Assembly: GCA_951406725.2 (NCBI GenBank)
Contig: OX597815.1
Coordinates: forward strand, 29,078,001 to 29,142,000
From: Octopus vulgaris
Taxonomy: Eukaryota
Direction: 5' to 3'
Length of the DNA stretch: 64,000 nt
This document shows positions 1 through 64,000 of this stretch, one piece after another. Position 1 is the first letter of the stretch. Every line of letters begins with the position of its first letter. A model generated the notes under the pieces. It saw only the letters and a list, made by a program, of their open reading frames with translations, was not told the DNA's origin and made no database searches. The translations under genes and the position numbers were made by a program.

Positions 1-59
1 GATACTGAGGTTCTTCAAGAAACGAGACCAAGAAATTATGTAAACCCAGTGGAGAACCT

Positions 60-686
60 TTGTTCTCAGACACCTGGACTACTGGTCCCAGTTATGACCA
101 CCTCATAACAGCGGAGCTTGAAACAGTCCAACGCCACTACACTAAAAAGCTTCTAACAGTGCAGCGGATGAGCTACAGGGATATGGTGAGAAGACTGCAA
201 CTTTACTCTCTGGAGCGAAGGCGTGAGAGATATGTAATAATATACATATGGAAAACTCTAGAAGGGCTGGTACTTAATTTCTGCATTGAGTGTTATACAA
301 ATGCCAGAACAGGTCGCCATTGTATTGTACCAAAGGTACTATCCACTTCAGCTACATTCAGGACCAAGTACTACAAAAGTCTAAGATTCAAAGGCTCATA
401 GCTCTTCAAGGCCCTGCCATAAAAATTAAGAAATCTGCATAAGGTGGAATTAGATGTCTTCAAAAAGGAACTAGACATCTTCCTCTCCACTATACGAGAT
501 GAACCAACATGAGGTTCAGACGAGGGCAGCGGAATCAAACACCATTATACACTAAATGGGCCAACAGCTGGGACAAAGACACATACAAGAGTGGGGATGT
601 GAAACGCCCCAGACTGAGTAAATCAGAAAGACCACGGCGGTGCTCCAGCATGAACACAACCGCATGGCTGAAACGAGTAAGAGAGT
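60..686 (+). mobile_element. CR1-group (CR1/L2/Crack-like) LINE 3' fragment, degenerate
   Basis: LETVQRHYTKK...SYRDMVRRLQLYSLERRRERY is typical of the post-RT C-terminus; stops present; 3' tail ggcggtgctccagcatg...ctgaaacgagtaagagag. Confidence 0.85.
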
Positions 687-733
687 ATATATATATATAT
701 ATATATAATTTTTCAGATCATTGCGCAGACGCA

Positions 734-791
<58 letters not shown>

Positions 792-2335
792 TATATTTTT
801 TTTTTATATTTATATATTTATATATACACAATCGAAAACCAATCATCTTCATCTGCAGTTCCGACGAATCAGCGAAATACGATTTAGAGGCATTAATAGA
901 ACAAGCCTTATATATTTATGTATGTATGTATGTATGTATGTACGTTGCAGCCCAGTTTTGCATCTAGGTAACTGAAACTTGGCATCAGAGAACATCTTTT
1001 TAAGGTCATAGGTGATCGTATATTTTCTGATATTTTCTATAAAACTAGACAAAGTTGTGTGTGTGTATGTGTGTATATGTTTGTGTGTGTGTGCGTGTTC
1101 GGTATTATTATCATCATCATCAGCATCAGCATCATCATCATCATCATTAGTATCATCATCATTAGCATTATCATCATCGTCGTCGTCGCCGTCGTCATCA
1201 TCATCATCGCCATCATCATCAGAGTGACGAATTGGCAGAAAATGTTTCGCAATATTTAGTTACGGTCCTCCTTTACATTCTGAGTTCAAATCTTACCGAG
1301 ATCAATTTTGTCTTTAATCCTTTCGGTGACGATAAAATAAAGTACCAGTCAAGTTATAGAGTCGATGTAATCGAGTATACCCCCCAACCACTTACACACA
1401 CACACACACATACACACTCATATCAAATATTGCTGGATTTGTACCTAAATTTGAAAAATTATAACGTTGCATCTCTTTATATTCTGGATTCAACTCTAGC
1501 CTGGTCTAGTTTGTATTTTATTTCCCTTGGTCGAGAAACAATTATTCCGAATTGGATATATTTATTTGGGCAAAAGCGATGTGAAGTTCTTTCAGGAGAT
1601 TTGGGGCATCAACGAATATCAAATGAAGAATATATTCCGAAAGAACTTCCAGAAATTATTGGCCTGGTAATGCTACAAGGAATCATTGCCCGCTCGCGAA
1701 ATTTTTTCCCACGAGAGTTCCGGACTCCTGTAATGAAGTCATTTGCATACACCAATCAGAGTTCACCTTGACCTAGTTTTCAAGTTAACAAAGGTTGTTG
1801 CTGGTGGCAGAAACCGCATTGGTGCAGGCAGATCGTTGACGGATTGTAGGATTGTTTGAAAAGTGTGAAAGGAAAGGTGCCGTTCAGCTCTCAGATTATG
1901 CCTAACAAGAATAACATACCTTATTAAAAGAGAAAAGAAGTATTGTCATTCCTTACCCAAGTGACCTTACCTTATCACCCATCACTTGTGATGCGCTCAT
2001 AAATTAGTTTGATAGATAAGCTCTGATTGGCTGTATGCAAATGAGTTCATAATTGGGGTCCTAAACTCTAGTGGGGAAAAAAATTTCGCTGCCCGCTCGA
2101 GATAAATTCTGCAGGCATGAAAGTGACATCATTAGAGCCTGTTAAAGATTCGCGCAGAACTACAAAAATATTCAGTATCTTAGCATTGTGGAAATATATG
2201 GAAAAGTCGTTGCCGCGTATTGGGCAGATCCGGTTATTAGTCGAGTCCAATACGAGGATCACCCTGCCGGCTTCCGAAGGGCAAGCAGTTTCCTCTGACT
2301 GATAGATATAGTGAAAGAGGTGGTATGTTGGATAA

Positions 2336-2566
2336 GGCGGCAAGCTGGCAGAAACGTTAGCACGCCGGGCGAAATGCTTAGCGGTATTTCGTCTGTCGTT
2401 ACGTTGTGAGTTCAAATTCCGCCGAGGTCAACTTTGCTTTTCATCCTTTCAGGGTCGATAAATTAAGTACCAGTTACGCACTGGGGTCGATGTAATCGAC
2501 TTAATACCTATGTCTGTCCTTGTTTGTCCCCTCTATGTTTCGCCCCTTGTGGGTAATAAAGAAATA
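2336..2566 (+). mobile_element. SINE family A (tRNA-derived), full length with TSD
   Basis: Head with box A/B-like tggcagaaacgttagc...gagttcaaatt; central ctttcatcctttc.gggtcgataaa; 14 bp TSD ggtatgttggataa / ggtatgctggataa. Confidence 0.85.
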
Positions 2567-2992
2567 GGTATGCTGGATAAGAGTGAAAGGACTTTTCTAT
2601 TCGGTCAAGCCATCATCACCTCCATCAAGTTTCAGTTCGAAAAGAGGAGATAAACTGTGCATTCAAGATAATTTGATGAAAAATGAGTTAGTGTGGTTCA
2701 CCTGGAGGAGCCTGCTTTCAACGAACGTTAGTAGGCTGAAGAACACTGCTAGAAGAGGACGTTTACCCTCTGTAGTCAGAGCAATCCTGGATCTTCAAGA
2801 TTCCTTTATTGTTCCTTGGTGGCTGGCTCCCTCCTCGAACCTCTCATTTCATTCTTACTATACTGTTGTTTCCATGTCTATTTGGGGGGGTTTTTTCTCC
2901 ATTCTGCGAAAAACACCGTTGTTCATGTAATAATTCCTAGGAGAATTTGTAATATTTCCTCCTAGTGGCAAAAAGGAAATTATTATTGCTAT

Positions 2993-3046
<54 letters not shown>

Positions 3047-3194
3047 CGCTACTGCTGCTACTACTTCTACTACTATTACTATTACTATTACAACCACTAC
3101 TATTGTTGTTATTTTACTTCTCAAAGTTCTCGGTTTTATATGCTCTGGTTCATTATGTGAGAGCAGGAGAGAGAAAGGAGATACATTGTGTTCT

Positions 3195-3656
3195 TATCAA
3201 TGGGATTCCAGTATGTTTTCATCGAATAGAGCCAGTTAGAACTCTCATTGAAAAGGAAATTGAGAGTGGAGAGAGGAAAGTGCTGTCCTCAAGTGAGTTT
3301 ATTGAAAAGTGGTTGAAAGTTGGGAAAATGGCAAGAGTTGATGGTGCCTCTCGAAATGTAGACCTGTGAGTCGGAGAGGAAGAATTGAAGAGGGCACTTG
3401 TTCTTGGGGTTTCAGGGAAATCTCGGACAGTGGGGTTCCTCAAATATCCCAAGAGGCCTTCCTGTATCAGGAGGGCCACATCTCTATAATCTTCCCCACC
3501 ACTTTTTTTTTAAAACCTTTGTATGCTATGCACATGTCCCTTCTACTTTCTTTCATTTTTTTTTAATCATTTCGTTATAAGTAAATTTCCACACTTTATG
3601 TCTGTCTTTGTATTGTCCCCCTCATCCTTCGCCCTCGTGGCAAATAAATGAAATCA
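3195..3656 (+). mobile_element. Diverged Tx1/L1-like 3' end related to 45218-46016
   Basis: ERKVLSSSEFIEKWLKVGKMARV aligns with ERQVLSSECFKKRWVNVARMARM; tail gccctcgtggcaaataaatgaaat runs into (ATT)n; a further related fragment lies at about 2140-2290. Confidence 0.6.
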
Positions 3657-3868
3657 TTATTATTATTATTACTATTATTTTTCCTTCTTTCTTCAAATTT
3701 TCTTCCGTTTCTCGCCGAGTGTTTTCCGTACACCTAGGGCAGAGAAGCTCATTGTATGCATTCCCAGCTTACACACGCAAATTCACAGGTAAAATATGTA
3801 TTTAAAAGATTAATGAATAAATAAATAAATTCATGAATGAAAAATTAATGAATAAATAAATTCATGAA

Positions 3869-3946
<78 letters not shown>

Positions 3947-3968
3947 CATTATTATTATATTTTGTCAG

Positions 3969-55982
<52,014 letters not shown>

Positions 55983-56601
55983 TGTGCAAATTTGATAAAT
56001 AATAAGAAAAACAACAACAACAACAACAACAACAAGATGTGATATGGCGAGGTCATGCTGTTGTATACATACTGTTGTATACATACATCGAAACCACCAC
56101 AGTTTTGCATTTTTTTTTTTTTTCAAAACCTATTTGTGTAGTATTAGAAGTGGGGAGGAAACAAAAAAACAGAAACACCATCACCTGATAATTTCTTACA
56201 CGTACATTTCTCCCCACCACCACCACCACCCCTAAAAAAAATATGAAAAAATAGCAAATAATGAAGATAATCAGAAATAGACGAAAAAAAGAACATTGTG
56301 TAACGTGTGTACAAACAAAGAAAAATATGATGTAAAGACTTTAAAAAATACAACAAACAACTTCGAAAATTATCTTCGTTATAGTGAACATACAGGTATG
56401 AAACTGCCAATTAGATGAGGCTTCTTCGTGTAAATAGATTTTATAACTATTTAAAACAAATAGACTTTAACAAGACATATTTTTGTACATAGTATCCATT
56501 CTTCTTTTTCCATTCTTTCTTGACTTCGTTCTATCCACATCTTCTCTCATATTTCTAACACATGCTTACATATACATACATACATACATACATGCATGCA
56601 T

Positions 56602-56679
<78 letters not shown>

Positions 56680-56993
56680 ATTTCATGTACACAGTAAACA
56701 ATTAGGAGTTACAAAGAGTTTCGTGTGTTGGCGATGTAGTCTAGGTAAGTCTTAATAACACGCTTTGTGTCTCCAACCCCTAAAGATCGCTTGGAGACAC
56801 TAGACGTGTTATAAAAATTGCCTAGACTGCATCTCCAATTGCATGAAATTACTTATAACACGTAAGTCTATACTGTATACATTAAATAATATTTATCTCT
56901 CACTGGATGGGTTATTATTTTTTTTTTTGTGTTGATCTTACCTTAGAGGAAAAGTAAACTATATATATATACATGTATGAATGTATGTATGCA

Positions 56994-57029
<36 letters not shown>

Positions 57030-57035
57030 TTTATG

Positions 57036-57082
<47 letters not shown>

Positions 57083-57098
57083 ATATATATATGTATGT

Positions 57099-57132
<34 letters not shown>

Positions 57133-57211
57133 GTAAGTATATATATATGTATGTATATATATCTAAGTATATATATATATATATATATATATGTAGGTAT
57201 ATATAAGTACG

Positions 57212-57272
<61 letters not shown>

Positions 57273-57522
57273 GGGGATGGTAATTTTTTTTGCCAAATAA
57301 ACACACGCACTATATATTCGTTCTTCACTCGTTTATAAACGTTCTTAATCCAACTGATGTCCATTGTCCGGTTAGAATAAGATTAAGAACAGTAATAAAC
57401 GAGGGAAGAACGGACCTATAGTGCGTGCTTTTATTTGGCAAAAAAAAAATGATACTCCCGAAATGCAACATCTTTTTCAACACATAGTTTCACATCAGGA
57501 ATCTTGCAATACACACACACAA

Positions 57523-57607
<85 letters not shown>

Positions 57608-57653
57608 CACACACACACATGCACATATATATGTGACAATTACTTGGTTGTCA

Positions 57654-57715
57654 TAATAAAACTCAGTGTTTCGGATGCCGGGCTGAAATCTGCTCCGGCA
57701 TCTCATCAGTCAGTA
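57654..57715 (-). ncRNA. Inverted second hammerhead ribozyme-like motif
   Basis: Reverse complement reads tactga CTGATGA GATGCCGG...CCGGCATC C GAAA cactgag TT ttatta (GUU triplet; one stem I mismatch). Confidence 0.6.
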
Positions 57716-57743
57716 AGACAAACAAAAACGTTTTTGTTTGTCT

Positions 57744-57805
57744 TAATGACTGATGAGATGCCGGAGCAGATATCAGCCTGGCATCCGAAACTCTGAGTCT
57801 TATTA
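57744..57805 (+). ncRNA. Type I hammerhead ribozyme-like motif (Penelope/retrozyme type)
   Basis: Stem I taatga/ttatta; CTGATGA at 57750-57756; stem II GATGCCGG...CTGGCATC with one extra C; GAAA at 57787-57790; minimal stem III AC-TCTGA-GT; GUC triplet at 57797-57799. Confidence 0.7.
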
Positions 57806-58136
57806 TGACAACCAACTAATTGTCACATATTTATAGATAAATTCCTTTATTTTAACATAATATCGAGGTCTCATTCATTCTTTTTTTTTGTCATTATCAT
57901 TAACATATATATATATATATATATAAATCAAAGGACATACTAAATATGTCTACTTAGTATGTCACTTGATTAATTTTAATCCTTCAGCTATTTAATGCTT
58001 TTTTAGGGCCTACAGTCGCCTATATTATTGATTCTGTTATTATCATTTTTAAATTGTTACTAGATAATAACAGAGTTAATGATATCATTGCAAATTATTT
58101 TTTCGTGAGTTATTTTTATTCTCGTGAATTGTTTGC

Positions 58137-58240
<104 letters not shown>

Positions 58241-59390
58241 CTCTTAGAAGCACTTAAAACTCTGAGTAGTAGCGTGTAAATAGTGAAAAAGCCGAAGGCA
58301 ACCTTCGGTCTTTTTCTATCGAAAGGGTTGTTTAGTCCAGGATTTAAACGCTATTATTTATAGCTTTAAGTGCTTCGAGTCCAAAAACAAAAATAATTCC
58401 ACGTTTCTTCGAAGTTTATAAATTCTTATGACCTCAATATATGTGTGTTTTTATGCAAATATATATGCATTTATGTATGCATGTATGCATTTATGTATGT
58501 ATGTATATGTGCATGTGTGTATACATTTATGTATGTATGTATGACACAAACATAAACAGTCACTGTACCTACCACCCTTTCATTTTTAATTGTATGTCCT
58601 CTTCCTTCTCTTCTCACTTCCCTTGCACAGGCTCTCATCTTTTCTTATCTATCTGTTGATCGATTTGATTACTTGACTGATTGATTCGTTCATTTATCGA
58701 TTCTTTGATTGATTGATTGATTGATTTATCGAACTTTTTGCTCAAATGCAGACACATTTATGAGCAAAATCATATATACAAATGGAAATTAAAATATGAA
58801 AAGAAACCCCCCAAAAAAAAATCTTTGCAAGCAAATTGTTGAAGAAGACGATAACTTTTGTTACCAAAAGCTTTTTTTTTTTCGTTCTTTTTATAATTTA
58901 AAAATACAGAAAAAAAACTTGTTTTAGATAACGATAATTGTTTAAAAATACAGAAATAGCATTTACTGTACGATAAACAAAAAAAAAATTAATAAATAAA
59001 ACTGATATCATCATCATCACCATCAAGGCCGTCGCCAGCAGCAGCAACAACGAAAGGGTTGTTTAGTCCAGGATTTAAACGCTATTATTTATAGCTTTAA
59101 GTGCTTCGAGTCCAAAAACAAAAATAATTCCACGTTTCTTCGAAATTTATAAATTCTTATGACCTCAATATATGTGTGTTTTTATGCATGCATATATGCA
59201 TTAGTAGTAGTAGCAGTGGAAGCGGAAACAACAACAGCAGCGGCAGCAGCAGAGTCGACAAATGATAACAACGACGAAAGGAACACTAAATAGGAGCAAC
59301 ACGACCAATAACAACAACAACAACTGATTGAGCTACAAAAACAGCTTAACAATGATTGTCGTATTCATCGTCGTCGTCATCATCATTATC

Positions 59391-59430
<40 letters not shown>

Positions 59431-59638
59431 CGAATTATGTGCAGAAAGCAAGTGTCGACAACAATAACAATAACAAAAGCAAGCAACCATCACCCCGACC
59501 ACTACAGTCACTACTACTACAACCACTACCACCACAACAACAACGCCTACTACTACAATTTGTCAATGCTCGTACCAACACCTGGTGCCAGATGGGTAGA
59601 TCAGATCAGTTTATATATATATATATACATATATATAT

Positions 59639-59775
59639 AAAAGGAAATGAAGAAAATGCTGACAAAATAATTTAAGTAAGGGAGAGTGTATTTAATTAGG
59701 TGAAGAACTTTCACCTAATTAAATACACTCTCCCTTACTTAAATTATTTTGTCAGCATTTTCTTCATTTCCTTTT
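59639..59775. repeat. Perfect inverted repeat, 66 bp arms, 5 nt spacer
   Basis: 59639-59704 is the exact reverse complement of 59710-59775. Confidence 0.95.
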
Positions 59776-59812
59776 TTTATATATCACAACTCGTGTTCCA
59801 CATCTCCTTTTT

Positions 59813-59864
<52 letters not shown>

Positions 59865-61028
59865 CACTGGAATATTTGAATAAGTTACGGCCTTCATTTA
59901 AAATCCAATAGACAACGGAGCTTACAAGGAAACTTCGGCGTGGTCATCTGAGTTGCTCTAAATAGCAGCCAAAATCTCCCTTATATCACACCCTACAATT
60001 ATAAAGATAAATAAATAAAATAATGATCTACTACTTAGCGTAGTCCGAGTTACAATCGTTTTCAATAAAAACGGGATTTGTCATGAATGATAACCTTTGA
60101 TCTTAAGTTTGCTCAATCACACATGACCTAGGGCTAAAAAGAAATACAACAGCAACGACAATAAATCATACTACATTAAAACTTCTATACTGTGACAAAG
60201 AAACGTTAGACCAAGCATTATTATTATAGTGGTGCTCGACCGGTTAAAAATAGCAGAATTTCCCTGAAATCACCTCCTCTTAAAACTACGGGTGAATTCG
60301 ATAAAAAAATGTGACGAGATGGTCCTAAGTGGAATGCCTTTGATCGTTCGTTTACACAATTGGGACGGATCTGGGACTAAATAGCGACAACTTGATTGCG
60401 CATCTACTGATCCTCGCTCCATTGTACTTTATAAGCCACAGTAAACCTCAACACACAACCATGAAATACAATGTATTACTTATACTACTAAAATACACTG
60501 AAATACAATATGCTGCAACAGTTATTCTCGGTCTATCGTAGCTCGATGTCTCTTTTTACAAAATGGTGTTTCACAAACATGCTAACTCACCATGTTTTGT
60601 AAAAAACATAATTTTAATAAGACTGAAGCAAATTTTGCTCAATGGTTTATAATCCATGTTCTTATAAACTCCACAGTATGATCTCGTTTTAGATAACTGC
60701 GCAGACTAGTGTTACCTGAGTTAAATTTCTATAGAAATCACTAAAGCCGCCGGCGAGCTCTTACATAATTTTACTATACAAGACTGGTGTATCATCAGTC
60801 ACAATTCATATTTTAATCCCGACAACTTTTAAGGGGAACGAAAAAAATTGTATAAAATATAAGCATTGTACTGAGTTTAAATATTTTATTTCTAAGGAAA
60901 ATCACGACTTAGCTAAATACCTTGCGTCTCCTCCAGAAGTGTCCCCTTGACATTTTCCGCTTCTTTGTGAGCTGACAACTCCCTCAGGGGGAAACTACAG
61001 CTCTAATTTAGAACCATTTGTACAATAC

Positions 61029-61176
61029 CAGTGGTTCCCAATATGTGGTCCGCAAAGGTAGTACTGCGAGTCCGTGAACATGTTAAGCTGACAGACCTTT
61101 CAATATCTTGAGGGCCGCGAGGAAAACTCATTGAAATAAAAGGGGTCCTTGGTAGTGGAAAGGCTGAGAATCACTG
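61029..61176. mobile_element. hAT-type MITE
   Basis: TIRs cagtggttccca / tgagaatcactg; 8 bp TSD tacaatac / tactatac. Confidence 0.7.
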
Positions 61177-64000
61177 TACTATACCAATGATTTCCAAAGT
61201 CTTTGTATCTTAGTCCCCGCTATCTTGTTACGCAGTTACAGCCATCTTTGTTTCACTCCAGAACAGAAAATGTAAAATCCCAAGGAAAATCTACTTTTAA
61301 GTTGCATTTTCTCGCTTTTTTTCCGTACTACTCCATTTTTGTAATGCACACTTTGTCATATTTTTTTGAAACTTGGCAACACACTTAACTACTGTCTGCA
61401 GGACTTTCTGAACGGCACGCCAAATGAAAAATGACTTTGAATGTTTTTAGTGCAGTCCGCCTGATGATGAGCCATGTCTCATGCAGCTCGCTTCTGAAAA
61501 AAGGTTGCCAATGCCTGTCTTAAAATGTCGAGAGACTATCGTGTAGAATTTTTAGTAAGTTTCGACCTTACTATTGGCTTTTTTCGTTATGCTATGAGAC
61601 TTTGCAATAACGAGAACAACCACAAACATGACATTGACTACGATATCGACATCAACAATAAAAACTACTATGATGTAAAAGCCTCATTAACTAATGAGGG
61701 ATCATCCACGCGGTCGTTCAATTTGCTAGAAATTACAATTAAATCTCGCTCATATCAAACTTGCTTAACTTAAGAAAAAAAAAATAGAAATGAAAAGTTA
61801 CATTAGGTCATTGTTTCTCATAGATTTGGGGTAGCTTGTAACGATTGAAAAATGAGCTTGAAATTTTTAAACATTACCATTACCATGGCGAAATAAGAGA
61901 ATTATCCGGATACGAAAACTATGTTTTCTCATTAATAAAGAATGACGAGGGAGAGAAAGAAAAATCACTATTCTTTTGTGGGAGCCGGTATTTATGAGTT
62001 TGAGAACTACTGCAGCAGATAATATAGTCCTAGATAACACTGAGAGCAGAATGGTCACGTGCTGGAATTTCTTTGATTCGAAGTTCGTTCTATCACGGTT
62101 AACCTGAAAGCAATAAAAAAACAACTAAAATTTATGACAATGAAACAGTAAAACAGTTATCTAATATACCTAAAAATATATATTTTTATAACAAGTAGTT
62201 ACAGTAGCTTTGAATTAAATCATCGGTTAGCGAATTAATTAAGGGTGTTGAAAAAGAATTGTAGATAGAAACGGTATTGAACCACACTATAAGCCTAACA
62301 GTATTTAGTAAAGTGCCTCAACATTTTTATTTCAAGACCGACTGTTGGGATTAATTCTACTTTCATCTTTCCATGGTCTACAAAATAGATGACAATGATA
62401 TAACATAGTTAATTCAGTTGACTTCATTTTATATTCTTTCTGGGGTCGATAAGATAAATACCAGTGTCGGTTTAATACATTTTCATAAGATACTTCCTAC
62501 TTTTCACGGAATTGTGTTGGGCTTGTGACATTAATAAAATAATAATAGGTTCTAAGCAGGCCAGAAATTTTAAAGGAGGGCAAGTCAGTTATATCTATCC
62601 TGGCAGTAGAACTGGTATTTTATTTTTATTTTTATCGACCCCCAGAAGATGAAAGGCAAAATCGACCTATGCAAGATTTTAACTCAGAATGTAAAAGAAC
62701 GTAACTAAATGTATAATATAGGTATTTTTGTTCGAAGCCCAACCAATTTGGCCAATAATGATAATTATAAAAAGATAACGATAATTTTCCAGAGAATATA
62801 ATTTATGATCAAGTTTTGATTCCGTTTCACATGTTTTCCGTTACTGTGGTCGGTTGCCTAAATAAGAAACGAGTACTAATGACAATGTAGGCCCTTTTAT
62901 TCTATTAACTTTTTGATTATCAATAAAATATGTAACAGCAATAATACTCGGATGAGAGTCGGTCAATCGTACATTTCCAAATAAAATTTGTTTTGTATAC
63001 GATCTAGATTTGATTCCCAGTTGTAAATATTCTTCTGCGTCATTAATGCTTTTGTAAAGGCATGAATTTGCCCTTTCTATTCCTTTTCGGAGTTTGAGAT
63101 TCTTACTTAACACCTTACAAATACTAACGACTTTTCTCTTCTTTGAGTGCATGTTGGTTTATGCTTCAAGGCCGAAATTTATATTAATATTCAATATTTC
63201 CACCTTAATTGCTGGGTTTCTTCCATTGATAGGATTTAGTCTTTCCATCTGCTCCCGTGTGGAGATAGGTTCATTGCCAAACTGTTGCTTGCTGTCGTGA
63301 TTCTTACCATTTTCATCTAAACTCAGCATCAAAATAACACTGCAAATACTCCCTTAGTTACTTTCCATTGATTTTCCAATAAACATGTTTGTTTTTGCAA
63401 TGTTAAGTCGCTAACCATGAGATATACACCATCATTTGGCCATCGAGTGAGTGACTTTAACAGACCACACTCTGTTGCAAGCATTCGGGCCTGGTCTTCA
63501 GTTCGAAAGTAAATTCTTCCCTTCTTCCAACCAGTCTTGGAAGCCTTGAAAAAGTCATGGATGCTATCCTTTACCCTCTGATGAAGTCTTGTAAGGGGGG
63601 AAATTGTGAATTAACAGCTGGTGTCAAAAAACTCAAATAGTAATTTTGTTTATCAAGCAGTATAAATAAATACTAATTTACGGCCAAGGCGTTAGAAACA
63701 TCAGATTGTACAACAAGTAGCAAGTTGAATGAGCTATGGTTGGTGGTGTTACAAAATTGCAAAGTTGTGTGAAAGTCAGCGTTATCACAAGTAGACTTTA
63801 TCACAAAGAAACAATTTGCATTACAAATACGAAGAGAAACAGAAAGCAAGTTGTCTCAAAAGCAGACGGTTATATTGTCACAGGCAACAAATTATTTTGC
63901 ATTACGAAAACCAGGTTCACAAATACAGAAAAGTATCGAAAGAAACGCGTTACATTGCGGAAAGGATGTTGTCACATGATCACGTTACATCACCAACAAG

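Noticed and set aside
1500-1771. Minus-strand RPIISG as a possible Penelope RT motif, and the 179 aa + strand ORF
   Set aside because: A single short motif with no supporting neighbours; the + ORF runs through a SINE and a CA repeat.
61460-61500. ctgatgatgag...gaaaa as a further hammerhead
   Set aside because: No stem I or stem III pairing, and GAAA is not adjacent to stem II.

Overview
AT-rich eukaryotic genomic DNA, very dense in microsatellites. The SINE families and repeat landscape suggest an octopus or other coleoid cephalopod (inference). About 52 kb of the window holds nine + strand coding exons (3969-55982) of one 5'-incomplete gene; all splice phases are consistent and all introns are GT-AG. 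The roughly 489 aa partial product has the layout [unnamed ~135 aa Cys-rich module 1]-[I-set Ig domain]-[Cys-rich module 2]-[3 EGF-like repeats]-short tail, and looks like a secreted protein with no transmembrane segment in view. The introns and 3' flank carry three tRNA-derived SINE families, CR1-group, Tx1/L1-like and RTE-like LINE remnants, non-autonomous Helitrons, hAT, piggyBac and mariner relics, and many small palindromic elements sitting in (TA)n tracts. Highlights: the duplicated unnamed Cys-rich domain; a ~205 bp palindrome with a hammerhead-ribozyme core on each strand (57654-57805); two SINE-LINE 3'-tail partnerships visible in the window, one with a Tx1-like element whose copies end in microsatellites; and six hairpins just downstream of the stop codon. 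Most ORFs in the supplied track are microsatellite artefacts.
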